Assembly (NCBI GenBank): GCA_965215885.1
Contig: CBDCEW010000100.1
Location: 96,001 to 160,000, forward strand
Direction: 5' to 3'
Length of the DNA: 64,000 nt
From: Candidatus Moanibacter sp.
GTDB taxonomy: Bacteria; Verrucomicrobiota; Verrucomicrobiia; Opitutales; UBA2987
Shown: positions 28,760 through 39,248 of the stretch, piece by piece
Numbering within the stretch: position 1 is the first letter of the stretch
How the letters are laid out: the number at the start of each line of letters is the position of its first letter
Translations under genes and position numbers: made by a program
The notes under the pieces: generated by a model
The model's database searches: none
Seen by the model: only the letters and a program-made list of their open reading frames with translations
Told to the model about the DNA's origin: nothing

Positions 28760-29891
28760 CTCGTTCTCCGTGGTCCGGTGAGCCGATTCGCCATTCGATG
28801 CGTTCGACATCCCAGTCACGGTCAGGCGGCTTCACGCTCTCAAACCCCCAGAACTCCGTGGTAGGTTCCCCGGTCTGCGGCTCGCCAAACAGAGGGTCGT
28901 ATGGCGAGTAGAGCGAACCGAAGCGGAATACATGGTCGCCCTTTTCCATTGGCACGAAGTGTATCCCATCTTCCGACCAGTGTATCCACCGCTCAACACC
29001 TTTGCCGAAGTTGGGAATCATGAGCATGCCGTGCTTGTAGCGCCAACAGAAATGGCCGTGGCCTATCAGAAGCGGATTGCCTTCGTACTTCCGGTAGGGC
29101 CCTGTTAGGGTGTCGGCGATCGCCAGCCCGTTCTCGGTCGGCACGCCGTTGCGAATCCCCTTGTAGTACATGAACCATTTGCCGTCGAGATACACGTGCC
29201 TCGGGTTCAGAACTCTGTCACTGTCCCAGCGCTTGCCGTCCATCGCGGGTTCCACCAATACATCGACTCCGGGTGGCAGTGCCCACGGCCCGGCCGGCGA
29301 GTCGGCAACCAGGCAAGAGATGCCGACCATCCGATGCCCGTACTTCTCGATGTTGGTCGACCACACTTCAGTAAATAGATGAAACCGGCCTTCGTGGAAG
29401 ACGACATTGGGCTGTTCTAGCAGGAGGTCGTAACACGAGCCTTCCGGACCAAGGGGGAGATGGCCATGTGCCGTCCACTGGTGCGTATCCTCCGAGGTCA
29501 GATACAGGATCCGTGACGAGTCGGGTCTGAAGTCGCGACCTTCCGGCGTCTTGAAGAAGTCGGGATTTGCCCAGTAATGCGCCTCGGCGCACTTTGCGCG
29601 ATCAAGATCGATCATCCACATATGGTACTTGCCACCGTGGTAGACGACCCGAGATGGATCCGATTGCCAGTTATTGAGATTCAGGTTGACGTTCTCGGGG
29701 TTGCTAATCCAGCTGAGATTGCTGGATGTTCGCGTCTTCCTGATGCTCTTGAGCTCCGGCGGTATCGCATATGTACCTTCTGCTGCACGAAAGTAGATTC
29801 CGTCCTCGTCCAGAGCTCCTCTATTCGCTGCTCGGTCCATAGTCCGTCTGTCTTCTCTGTTGCGAACGTCGAAGCTACGAATCGAGGGCAC
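28716..29891 (-). CDS. GH117/GH43-like five-bladed beta-propeller glycoside hydrolase
   Basis: SDPS..YHGGKYHMW, TSED..QW, ADSPAGPW, WDS..V.NP, MYYKG, GLAIAD..TGPY, WSEDGIHF; ORF reads into the attC; 5' end may be clipped by an IS remnant. Confidence 0.7.
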   Translation of the reverse strand: MPSIRSFDVRNREDRRTMDRAANRGALDEDGIYFRAAEGTYAIPPELKSIRKTRTSSNLSWISNPENVNLNLNNWQSDPSRVVYHGGKYHMWMIDLDRAKCAEAHYWANPDFFKTPEGRDFRPDSSRILYLTSEDTHQWTAHGHLPLGPEGSCYDLLLEQPNVVFHEGRFHLFTEVWSTNIEKYGHRMVGISCLVADSPAGPWALPPGVDVLVEPAMDGKRWDSDRVLNPRHVYLDGKWFMYYKGIRNGVPTENGLAIADTLTGPYRKYEGNPLLIGHGHFCWRYKHGMLMIPNFGKGVERWIHWSEDGIHFVPMEKGDHVFRFGSLYSPYDPLFGEPQTGEPTTEFWGFESVKPPDRDWDVERIEWRIGSPDHGERVRTIEFRRQPEGRA

Positions 29892-30149
29892 CTCTGGTGC
29901 CGGCGATTTCGTAAGCTGACTTGCAAGACCCCATTCGAAAAGCCTTTCGAGCGGGCGGTTTAAGGTTCTCCGCCACGGGCGGACCAGCCTATGGCTGGCA
30001 GGTTTCGGGTTTTAGGCTGCCGGCGCTGCCGATGAGCAGGTATTGAGCGGCCATCGGCGTGGCTTGCTGCACAATACGTATATTTGCCGCTGTCTGGAGG
30101 CATACTCATCCCGTGGTGCTTTTTTCTCTGAGCTTCAAAGCGGTCAGAT

Positions 30150-30248
30150 TCAGGCTGCCTGTTCCAGTTCCTCCCCTCGGCGTTTCTTCATCAGTATGAT
30201 GCGGCAGAAGTTGTAGGCCAGAACCTTCTCGAGCAGTTCATCGCCTAC
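30150..30248 (-). pseudogene. C-terminal fragment of a DDE transposase
   Basis: VGDELLEKVLAYNFCRIILMKKRR...QAA*, cut by the ISAs1 copy 2 end. Confidence 0.5.
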
Positions 30249-30249
30249 C

Positions 30250-32143
30250 CAGGGTAAAAGGATTCCAGGAAGCAACTAGCTGATAAGCAAGAAGATAAAA
30301 AAAGAGCTAAACAAACCCGAGGGAATCAGTCATGTTAAGATGGGATGAAAGACAAAAAATCTTACCAACTGAATCCTTCGATAGATCGTTTAACTCTGCG
30401 TCTGGTCCTGCCCGAAGAGCAGGAGCGATTCAATGATCTATTGAAACAACATCATTATTTACACAGTGCGGGCAGCGCAGGAGAGACCCTGCGCTATGTG
30501 GCGCAGATCGACGGGCAATGGATGGGCCTGCTCTTGTGGGGGGCCGCATCCTACCGGCTGAAGGATCGAGACGAATGGATCGGGAGGGACGGGGCGCAAC
30601 GGCATGCACGATTGAAACTGGTAGTACAGAACCGGCGTTTTCTGATTTTGCCCGGGGTGGATCTTGCAAATTTGGCCTCCAAGACGTTGGGTATGTGCCT
30701 GAGAGTCTTAGCCGATCACTGGCAGGAGGCTTTTGGCTATCGTCCCTTAGTAGCGGAAACGTTCGTGGACCCACAGATTCACCGGGGCACTTGCTACGAA
30801 GCGAGCGGGTGGACGCCCTTGGGCTTGAGCGCGGGATATGGCCGCCAACGCGAAGATTTCTATCAACGCCATGAGCGTCCCAAGCAGATCTGGGTCAAAC
30901 CCCTCAAGGCTAATGCCCTTGAGCTTTTGCGCGCTTCAGGGCCATTGCCCGCGGCACAGAGCCAGGCGCTCAATGAAACCGATAACTCCCATGCGGTCTG
31001 CCTCAAAGTGGAACAGATGAGCAGCCTGTGGGAACGCTTCAATCAGATAGAAGACTTCCGTCGTAAAGCGGGCCTTAGATATCGGCTCGCCACGGTCCTG
31101 AGCATGATTGTGCTCGGCACGATGTGCGGCAAACAGACCCTCAAGGGCATCGTGCGCCTGGCCCATCATCTCAATCAAGCCCAATTGCGCGCCTTACGCT
31201 CCTGGAAAAACCCCAAAACAGGCCGCTATAAGGCCCCTTGCTATGATGTCTTCTATCGGGTCTTGCAAAACGTAAAGGCCGAGCTCTTCGATAAAACCCT
31301 CACCGAATTCATCTGCTTACAAGACGGCTGTTTGCCCCGCGATATTGCCGTCGACGGCAAGACCCTCAAAGGCACAAACACCGAAGAATCAAAGGCTCTG
31401 CACCTGGTGGCCGCAGTCGATCACCAAAGCGCTCAAACCTTAGCCCAAGTCGCTACCGCCGATAAATCCAACGCGATCACCGCCGCCCAGACTCTCTTGC
31501 GAAAGATGCCCATTTTGGACGGCTCCACCTTCACCTTCGACGCCATGCATAATCAAAAAGAAACTGCCCACATCGTCGTCGAAGAACTCAGTGCTGACTA
31601 TGTTATTCAAATTAAAGACAATCAGCCCAACATGCATCAATACGCTCAGAATCTCTTCAGCTCCACCCCCTTTTTCTCCACCAAACCGTGGACAATGACC
31701 ATGGGCGACTCGAAATACGTCAAATAGCAACCCATTCTCTAAGCGCTCCCTCTGCCGGCCTGCCCCATGCCCGCCAGTTCGCCTGTGTGCAACGCACCTT
31801 CCATTATCCAAACAAAGCTGAACCTTCCTCTGAACGCTCTTACTACGTAAGCAGTCTCGATCCCGCCGATTTGAGCCCTCAACAGTTCCTCTCGAAAATT
31901 CGCAACCATTGGTCGATCGAAAATAAAAATCATTACCCCAGGGATCGCTTCTTCGATGAAGATCGATGTATGATCCGTAATCATAACGCAGCCAGAATTC
32001 TTGCTGCATGCAGGCAACTGGTTCTCAGCCTCAAGTCTTCCATGGGCGCTGAATCCACTCCCGCACTCTGTGATGATTTCGTCTTTAACTTACATAAGGC
32101 CATCAATATCATCACCTAATGCTCCGAGAATCAAAATACCGTG
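30250..32143 (+). mobile_element. ISAs1 family element, copy 2 (1894 bp), no target duplication
   Basis: Near-identical inverted copy of 21092-22985 (one visible W>R change at ~30585); flanks ATCGCCTACC and GTGCAATAAC differ. Confidence 0.93.
30345..32119 (+). CDS. DUF4338-fused ISAs1 transposase in two frames (-1 shift near 31666-31675)
   Basis: Same motifs and same CCCCCTTTTT junction as copy 1. Confidence 0.88.
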
Positions 32144-32289
32144 GTGCAATAACCGTCCAGAAAAAGCGAAGCATAGTAGGCAAAACTGTAGGAAGATTGC
32201 TTCGTTTATTATGATAAACTATTGACCATCGAGGGATAGGTGAACATATTTTCATCTATGAAACTTGAGAAAGGATCAATCGGGAGCGT

Positions 32290-33222
32290 ATGCGTGAGAA
32301 GATTCGAAATTCGTATATGAGTATTCATACGGAAAACGCGTATATCGGCTGGTGTGAGCGGTATGTACGATTTCACCGCGGTCGAGCACCAAGCCAGATG
32401 GGGGCAACCGAGGTGCAAGCCTTTTTAAACCACCTGACGGTTCGCGGTCGGGTCGCGGCGAAAACGCGGAATCAAGCACTGTGCGCCATCGTCTACATGT
32501 ATAAGACGGTACTTGGGCGTGAAATCGGAAAGATCGGAGAACTGGAGCGTGTTCGGACTCCGAACAAGCTGCCGGTGGTATTGAGCGACGAAGAGGTTCG
32601 TCGCCTGTTTCTGGGGCTCGATGGAATCTATTTGCTAATCGCTAAATTGATGTATGGAAGCGGGTTACGAATCTCTGAATGCGTCCGGTTGCGCGTCAAA
32701 GACCTAGATTTCGGAATGCGACAGATAATCGTGCGCGATGGAAAAGGCCGCAAGGATCGCATTACGCTATTACCGGAAACCCAACGCGCTCCGTTACAGG
32801 AGCATCTCTCGTTTGTTCACCTTCAACACGAAAGAGACCTTAAGAATGGGAATGGTGACGTCTACCTGCCGTTTGCTCTGGCAAGAAAATATCCGCGCGC
32901 GCTGCGTGAGTGGTGCTGGCAATATGTATTTCCGGCGAAAGAGCACTCACACGATCCTCGAAGTGGAGCTTATCGCCGGCACCACATCAGCCCAAAGGCG
33001 GTACAGGACGCATTTCGCCGGGCACTGAAAGCAACGGGCATCGCTAAACCCGCGACCCCGCACACTCTGCGTCACAGCTTCGCCACTAGGCTGCTTGAAA
33101 ACGGATACGATATTCGAACCCTTCAGGAGCTGTTGGGACATTCTGATGTTTCCACGACGATGGTCTACACTCACGTGCTCAACCGAGGGGGGCGTGGAGT
33201 CGTAAGTCCGGTGGATCTGTAG
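32290..33222 (+). CDS. intI: Integron integrase (tyrosine recombinase)
   Basis: [19 protein letters not shown], IntI-specific insert ([12 protein letters not shown]...WCWQYVFP...RRHH), [25 protein letters not shown]. Confidence 0.97.
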   Translation: MREKIRNSYMSIHTENAYIGWCERYVRFHRGRAPSQMGATEVQAFLNHLTVRGRVAAKTRNQALCAIVYMYKTVLGREIGKIGELERVRTPNKLPVVLSDEEVRRLFLGLDGIYLLIAKLMYGSGLRISECVRLRVKDLDFGMRQIIVRDGKGRKDRITLLPETQRAPLQEHLSFVHLQHERDLKNGNGDVYLPFALARKYPRALREWCWQYVFPAKEHSHDPRSGAYRRHHISPKAVQDAFRRALKATGIAKPATPHTLRHSFATRLLENGYDIRTLQELLGHSDVSTTMVYTHVLNRGGRGVVSPVDL

Positions 33223-33465
33223 GGCACAGAGATTATGATCGGCCGATTCACAATTTGGCTCTAATGTGAAAATCGGGCTCCTATCGTAATTGCTCGTATT
33301 TCTGTCGCGGCTAACCTGGAAATCTCACGGATTTCCGGTTTAACGGCGAAGTCGAATTGTGATTTTCTGATTTTCGATTACGTAAACCTGCTTTAGACTG
33401 CATTTCAGAAAATCACGAGTCGACTTCGCTTGCTAGTCCGCTTATTTTTCGAAGTGAGCGGACTA

Positions 33466-34506
33466 ATGAAAGCCTATCAATTGCATGGCCCGAGAGATCT
33501 CCGCCCCGCCGAATTGGACAATCCCCGGCCGGGGCCGGGGGAGGTGCGGGTGCGGGTCGAGCGTGCCGGAATCTGTGGTTCGGATGTGCATTACTACCTG
33601 CACGGGCGGGCGGGGGACTTTGTCATGAAGCGGCCCTTTGTGCTCGGGCACGAGTTTGCCGGGGAGGTTGCGGAAGTAGGGGAGGGCGTGCGCGGTCTCG
33701 AGCCCAGGATGCGGGTGGCGGTCGATCCCTCGCAGGCCTGCGGGAAGTGCCGTTACTGTCGGAAGGGCCGGTATAACCTGTGCGAGGATATGCGTTTCTT
33801 CGGATCGGCGAGCCGCGATCCCCATATCGATGGAGCATTCGCGGAATCCATTGTGGCGCCGGCTCAAAACTGCCACCGCATCGCGGACAGTATGAATTTT
33901 GGGGAAGCGGCCATGCTGGAGCCACTCCCAGTCTCGCTTCACGCTGTCAAACGAGCCGGAGATGTTGTGGGGTCCCGGGTATTGATCATGGGCGGCGGGC
34001 CCATCGGGCAACTGGCGGCGCTCTCGGCGCGCGCACTGGGGGCGGGGCAGATCGTAGTCAGCGACCTGGACAGCTACCCCCGCGAGTTTGCCCTCGAAAA
34101 CGGAGTGGATGCGGTACTGGACGCCGCCGATCCGGAGGCGGCAGGGCAGGCGGCCGATCTGGCGCCGGGTGGTTTCGATTGTGCGATTGAAGCGACGGGG
34201 GCGAGCCAGGCTTTGGCTTTTGCGATCAACGCAGTGGCGCCGGGCGGCACGATCATCCAGGTGGGGACGCTGCAATCGGACGCTGTTTTGCCGGCGAATT
34301 TGATCATGGCCAAGGAGCTCGCGGTCCTGGGCTCCTTTCGGTTCGCGCATATATTTCCTGTCGCCCTCCAGCTCGTGGCATCGGGAAAAATCGACGTGGT
34401 TCCCCTGATCACCAGGACATATCCTTTCGCCGAACTACCCGATGGCATGGAGTTGGCATCCTCGAAGGATAAGGTCATTAAGGTGCAGGTGGAGTTGGCC
34501 CCATAG
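33466..34506 (+). CDS. L-idonate 5-dehydrogenase-like Zn-dependent dehydrogenase
   Basis: GICGSDVHYY, GHEF, C..C..C...C zinc loop, FFGSASRDPHIDGAF, GGGPIG, GSFRF. Confidence 0.85.
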   Translation: MKAYQLHGPRDLRPAELDNPRPGPGEVRVRVERAGICGSDVHYYLHGRAGDFVMKRPFVLGHEFAGEVAEVGEGVRGLEPRMRVAVDPSQACGKCRYCRKGRYNLCEDMRFFGSASRDPHIDGAFAESIVAPAQNCHRIADSMNFGEAAMLEPLPVSLHAVKRAGDVVGSRVLIMGGGPIGQLAALSARALGAGQIVVSDLDSYPREFALENGVDAVLDAADPEAAGQAADLAPGGFDCAIEATGASQALAFAINAVAPGGTIIQVGTLQSDAVLPANLIMAKELAVLGSFRFAHIFPVALQLVASGKIDVVPLITRTYPFAELPDGMELASSKDKVIKVQVELAP

Positions 34507-34565
34507 TCTCAAACGCCTTCGCGAGTGCTCTTCATCACTTCTCGACTTTTTGAAACATTGGGGCG

Positions 34566-35501
34566 ATGAATTACAACCCTCTTGGTAAAACAGGCTTGCA
34601 GGTATCGGTGCTGAGTTTCGGCGCTTCCTCGCTCAGCAATGTCTTTCACGAGGTCGACGAAGCGGAAGCCATAAAGGCGGTTCACACCGCACTCGACCTC
34701 GGTATCAACACCTTCGATGTTGCGCCGGCTTACGGTGGTACGGTGTCGGAGACCGTTCTCGGGAAGGCGCTCAAGGGAATCTCCCGCGACCGCTACTTTC
34801 TCTCCACGAAGGTTGGCAAATATACCGACCCCAATCAGTACGGGAACGACGTTCTCGATTATTCGAGGGAACGCATTCGCCGGTCGCTGGATGAGAGTGG
34901 TGCCCGTCTCGGAACCGACTATTTCGACATCATTCACATCCACGACATCGAGTACCAGGATCGCAAGCACACGGAGTGGGCGCTAAGCGAGGGATTCGAG
35001 TCGGTGGCCGAGTTGAAAGAGGAAGGGCGCGTCGGCGCGGTGAGCTTCGGGATCTATCCCATCGATCTCTGGCACCGCATTCTGGAATCCCTACCGGTCG
35101 ATGCCGGACTCGTTCACAACCACTACTGCCTGCACGATACCCGGCTTCTCGAACTTCTGCTCGTTGCCGGAGCGAAAGGCATCGGGCTCATTAATGCTTC
35201 GCCCTTCGGGAGCGCCCTCCTCACCGACCGGGGTCCGGCCGACTGGCACCCGGCCAACGCCGAACAGCGCGCGGTCTTCAAGCGAGCAGCGGAGTTTTGT
35301 CGCGAGCAGGGCACCGATATCAGCCAGCTGGCGATGCAGTTCTCGAGCCAGAACCCGGAAATTGCCACAACCCTGTTCAGCAGTTCGAACCCGGCCTCGG
35401 TGAAGCGGAACGTCGAGTGGGCGCAGGAGCCGTTTGACCCGGCGTTGTTGACGGAGGTACAGAAGATATTGGAACCGGTGCGGAACGTGGACTGGTTTTA
35501 A
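34566..35501 (+). CDS. Aldo/keto reductase (L-galactose dehydrogenase-like)
   Basis: LGKTGLQVSVLSFGAS, FDVAPAYG, STKVG, IHDIE. Confidence 0.88.
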   Translation: MNYNPLGKTGLQVSVLSFGASSLSNVFHEVDEAEAIKAVHTALDLGINTFDVAPAYGGTVSETVLGKALKGISRDRYFLSTKVGKYTDPNQYGNDVLDYSRERIRRSLDESGARLGTDYFDIIHIHDIEYQDRKHTEWALSEGFESVAELKEEGRVGAVSFGIYPIDLWHRILESLPVDAGLVHNHYCLHDTRLLELLLVAGAKGIGLINASPFGSALLTDRGPADWHPANAEQRAVFKRAAEFCREQGTDISQLAMQFSSQNPEIATTLFSSSNPASVKRNVEWAQEPFDPALLTEVQKILEPVRNVDWF

Positions 35502-35949
35502 CTGACTGTCGGATTTAGCCTCGGAATTCTTTGAGCAGATCGGGTGCAACCAAAAGAGATCGGAGGAACCGCAGATGCACGCAGATGGACGCGAATGGAG
35601 AAGGAGACTCATACTTCCTTGGTAACCTTGTCGCAAACCTTGGCGCAAACCTCGTCGAACGTAACCCATTGCTCACCATAAGACTTCGGAAACAATTTTG
35701 CTAAAAAAGGACAACGTTACGAGGGATTGTAGCACGAAGCGCTCTTGGTATAACGGTGCATTCGTGGATCGCGGCCGATTTCCCCACCGACATCTTCCTA
35801 AAGCAGCCGTCGATCGCAACTAAACTAGAAGGCGGATAAGAAACAAAGGGGTCACAGAGCCCCACCGAGAAGCACAGAGGCACACAGAGATGACATAGCT
35901 GACCGATTTCAGTGCGAAGTTACGATTGTGCTTTGGCTCGGGAAGGGGT

Positions 35950-36333
35950 TCAAGCTACGGTGACACCGACTCTACGTTAACCCGTCGTTTCGATAGCAAT
36001 CGATGACAAAAGTCGGATATCGCCTTAGCAGTAGAAAGTTGGGAAGAGTCGACTTCGCCTGCTCTGCCGTGCGGCAGAGTGGAAAACGGTCAATGAAGCG
36101 TTTGCGAGAGCGTTTTCAATGTTAACAGAAATAAAGGTACACTCTTGCAAATGCTTCATTGACCGTTTGAACCGCGCTCCGCGCGAGGCGAAGTCGACTC
36201 CTCCCAACTTTCTATACCTCCAACTTACATTCTCCGTGGTGCTCTGTGCTTCTCTGTGGTGCTCTGTGGCCCCCGATTTAGTTATGATCTAACCGTTTGT
36301 TCCTAGCCTACGTAAATGACATATCTAGGCAGT
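35950..36333. repeat. 384-bp direct repeat, copy 1, containing a ~183-bp palindrome (36032-36214)
   Basis: Matches 36713-37096 with one visible mismatch; nested inverted repeats tagaaagttggga...tcccaactttcta. Confidence 0.95.
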
Positions 36334-36571
36334 CCGGCAGCTCCGCTGTGCGCCCTTCAAAGAACCTGCGATCTTCCAATCGAAGTTTCTTCTTCTCACG
36401 CGCATGGGCGTCCAGATCCTTCTCGATCGCCTCGATGATTTGCGGCGCGAACCCGGCCAATTCTTCAACTTCATCCAGAAAATCACGGAAATCCGTGTCT
36501 GGAACCGGCAGAATGAGGTTGCTAAGGGGCGTCTTATCGCTTTTGTTCTCCTCTGTCGCACATGTTGGCAT
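36334..36571 (-). pseudogene. Probable transposase N-terminal fragment
   Basis: DFRDFLDEVEEL...IEKDLDAHAREKKKLRLEDRRF, cut at the repeat boundary; family not certain. Confidence 0.45.
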
Positions 36572-36712
36572 GTTTAACTCATTTCTTAATCTTAGGTTGC
36601 TAAACACTAGCATGTTGCGACACTTTTTATCAAGCCACAAAATGATTTTTCTCAAGTTTTTCTTGCGCCTTTTGCGCCTCTTTGCGGCCAATCAGTAGCT
36701 TTTCGGATAAGG

Positions 36713-37096
36713 TCAAGCTACGGTGACACCGACTGTACGTTAACCCGTCGTTTCGATAGCAATCGATGACAAAAGTCGGATATCGCCTTAGCAGTAGAAA
36801 GTTGGGAAGAGTCGACTTCGCCTGCTCTGCCGTGCGGCAGAGTGGAAAACGGTCAATGAAGCGTTTGCGAGAGCGTTTTCAATGTTAACAGAAATAAAGG
36901 TACACTCTTGCAAATGCTTCATTGACCGTTTGAACCGCGCTCCGCGCGAGGCGAAGTCGACTCCTCCCAACTTTCTATACCTCCAACTTACATTCTCCGT
37001 GGTGCTCTGTGCTTCTCTGTGGTGCTCTGTGGCCCCCGATTTAGTTATGATCTAACCGTTTGTTCCTAGCCTACGTAAATGACATATCTAGGCAGT
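36713..37096. repeat. 384-bp direct repeat, copy 2
   Basis: Offset 763 bp from copy 1. Confidence 0.95.
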
Positions 37097-37108
37097 TTGC
37101 CTAGGCAC

Positions 37109-38872
37109 TTACTCCAACTTCCGGATATACACATAGTAAGGCGCGATCGTATTCTCCCGGTCGTTGTGAAAGGCGGCGACGAGGTGGTCGGCACCCGCTT
37201 CCAGTGCCAGTTCGAAAACGACGCTGTCGTCGTTCGGCCCAATTTCGCGGTGATGGCTCTGCCCGCCGACGGTCACCTGCGCCCAGCGGATGTCCATCGC
37301 CACGCCGCCGGTGTAGTGGGGGAATTCTTTCTGCTGGATGCAGTCGCGCCGCCAATCCACGTCATCGCCGTCGATACCCGCCGCGATGGCGTGGCCGGCC
37401 TCCATCGGCCACCGCCGTAGCTCAATTTCGTAGTTGCCGGGTGCTTTGACATCGATCTCCCAGTGGCCGCTGACAATGAAGCCCTGCCTGACTTGGGCGT
37501 GATTAAATGCAGTGGCGCAGGCTTCGTTTCGGATATCGTGCGTGGTGATCTTGACCGGCTCGTTGTCCCGGCCGATGGCGATGGGGATATCCCGATCAAA
37601 CTGCTCGCTCACGAGTTCCCACCACTCCTCGTAGGCTTCCCGGAGCGATTCGACGACAGTAGGGTTTGCGTCGGCGACGTCGTGCCGCTGACCCGGGTCG
37701 TCGCGCAGGTTATAGAGCTCCATTCCGTTCAGAAGACGCCACTTGTCCCGCATTACAGAGCTCTTCCGCCACTTCATCGGACGCGCGATGCGTTGCGTGT
37801 CGCTCACGACGACTCTTTCATTCCAATCGGAGCTTGATTCGTCTCGGAGCAGCGGCAGGAGGCTTCGCCCGTGAAAGCTTCGTTGTTCGGGGATCGACAG
37901 GTCGCAGAGATCGAGCATCGTGAGCATGAAATCGACATAGCTGGTGAGCGTCTCGCAGTCTTTGCCACCGCCGATACCGCCGGCCGGATACCGTATCAGA
38001 AACGGCACGCGGTGGCCGCCTTCATACGGGTGACCCTTCTTCCCGCGCATCCCCGCGTTGAAGCTCCCCGACCCCTCGAGAGGGAATCCCTCCCCATCGA
38101 GATCCACGCCGGTGGCGGTTCCGTTGTCGGTCATGAAGATGAGAATGGTGTCATGGGCGATCCCAAGATTCTCGAGCCTGGCTTCGAGAACTCCAAAGTT
38201 CTCGTCGATGTTTTCGATCATCCCGTAGAAGCGCGCCCGGTCCTCGTGTGGGGTGGAGGATCGATACGGCTCGACGTAGCGGTCTTCGATGTTGAGAGGG
38301 CCGTGGGGCGCGTTGGTTGCGATGTAGCAGAAGAACGGCTCCGAGGCGTGCTGTTCGATAAACTTCATCCCCTCGCGGAAAAACACGTCGGTACAATACC
38401 CTTCGAACTTTTCGGGCTCGCCGTTGACATAAAAGGTGTCGTCGAAGTAGTCGTTGCCCCACGGGTCACCGGTACTGCCGATTCCTCCCCCGGTGTGGTA
38501 GACCGACCGGTCGAATCCGCGTTCTTGGGGCCGATAGGGCTGGCTGTCGCCCAGGTGCCACTTCCCGAAATGGCCGGTGGCGTATCCTGCCTCGCGGAAG
38601 GCGTCGGCCAGGGTCCATTCGTCCTCCCGCAGGAGCGACCGGCCGCCGATCGTGTGCCATACCCCGGCGCTGTTGCAGTAGTGCCCGGTCAACAGGCCGG
38701 ATCGAGTCGGCGCGCAGGTCGTGCCGACGTGATAGTCGGTGAAACGAAAAGCATCACCGTGAAATCGGTCGATGTTAGGCGTACGGATCACATCGTTTCC
38801 GTGGCATCCGAGATCGCCGTAGCCCTGGTCGTCCGTGAGGACGAATACGAGGTTGGGTTGTTTTCTGTTCAT
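37109..38872 (-). CDS. Arylsulfatase
   Basis: PNLVFVLTDDQGYGD, CAPTR, GKWHLG, FMTDNG, YEGGHRVP; start placed at MNRKQPN. Confidence 0.92.
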   Translation of the reverse strand: MNRKQPNLVFVLTDDQGYGDLGCHGNDVIRTPNIDRFHGDAFRFTDYHVGTTCAPTRSGLLTGHYCNSAGVWHTIGGRSLLREDEWTLADAFREAGYATGHFGKWHLGDSQPYRPQERGFDRSVYHTGGGIGSTGDPWGNDYFDDTFYVNGEPEKFEGYCTDVFFREGMKFIEQHASEPFFCYIATNAPHGPLNIEDRYVEPYRSSTPHEDRARFYGMIENIDENFGVLEARLENLGIAHDTILIFMTDNGTATGVDLDGEGFPLEGSGSFNAGMRGKKGHPYEGGHRVPFLIRYPAGGIGGGKDCETLTSYVDFMLTMLDLCDLSIPEQRSFHGRSLLPLLRDESSSDWNERVVVSDTQRIARPMKWRKSSVMRDKWRLLNGMELYNLRDDPGQRHDVADANPTVVESLREAYEEWWELVSEQFDRDIPIAIGRDNEPVKITTHDIRNEACATAFNHAQVRQGFIVSGHWEIDVKAPGNYEIELRRWPMEAGHAIAAGIDGDDVDWRRDCIQQKEFPHYTGGVAMDIRWAQVTVGGQSHHREIGPNDDSVVFELALEAGADHLVAAFHNDRENTIAPYYVYIRKLE

Positions 38873-39248
38873 CTTAATCGATCGTCCGACGCAGTATTCT
38901 TTGTCGCGAGCTTCGTCGCAAGCTTTGTCGTCAACTTCGTCGGTATCGGCAAGAGAGTCCCACCCTATAATGCAGATATACGATTCAATCGTAAATTGCA
39001 CATATGATTTCTGCGGTCGTTTCGTTCTCACGATCGGTGGAATCTGAATGGAGATGGGATTCAACTTACAACCTGCCTTCCCACGTTGTTCCCGCTCGGT
39101 ACGTGTTTAGCGCTATTTGAGCGCTATTTGAGGCTGCCCCGGTCTTGCGCCCATCGTTCTGAATTTCGGTTGGCCCGCAAATTGCGTGGAGTTCTCTGGT
39201 TAGAGCATGAAGAAAATGGGGAGCAGAGGGAGGGCACTGGAGTCGTTG

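Noticed and set aside
21092..32143. Inversion of the segment between the two inverted ISAs1 copies
   Set aside because: Copy 1 keeps matching TSDs on both sides, and cassettes inside and outside the segment share the same orientation
36025..36207. Duplicated 60-aa ORF (also 36788-36970)
   Set aside because: It lies wholly within the palindromic repeat and has no coding features
38873..39064. N-terminal extension of the 37109 sulfatase
   Set aside because: It runs through a cgacaa(a/g) repeat cluster; family similarity begins at MNRKQPNLV
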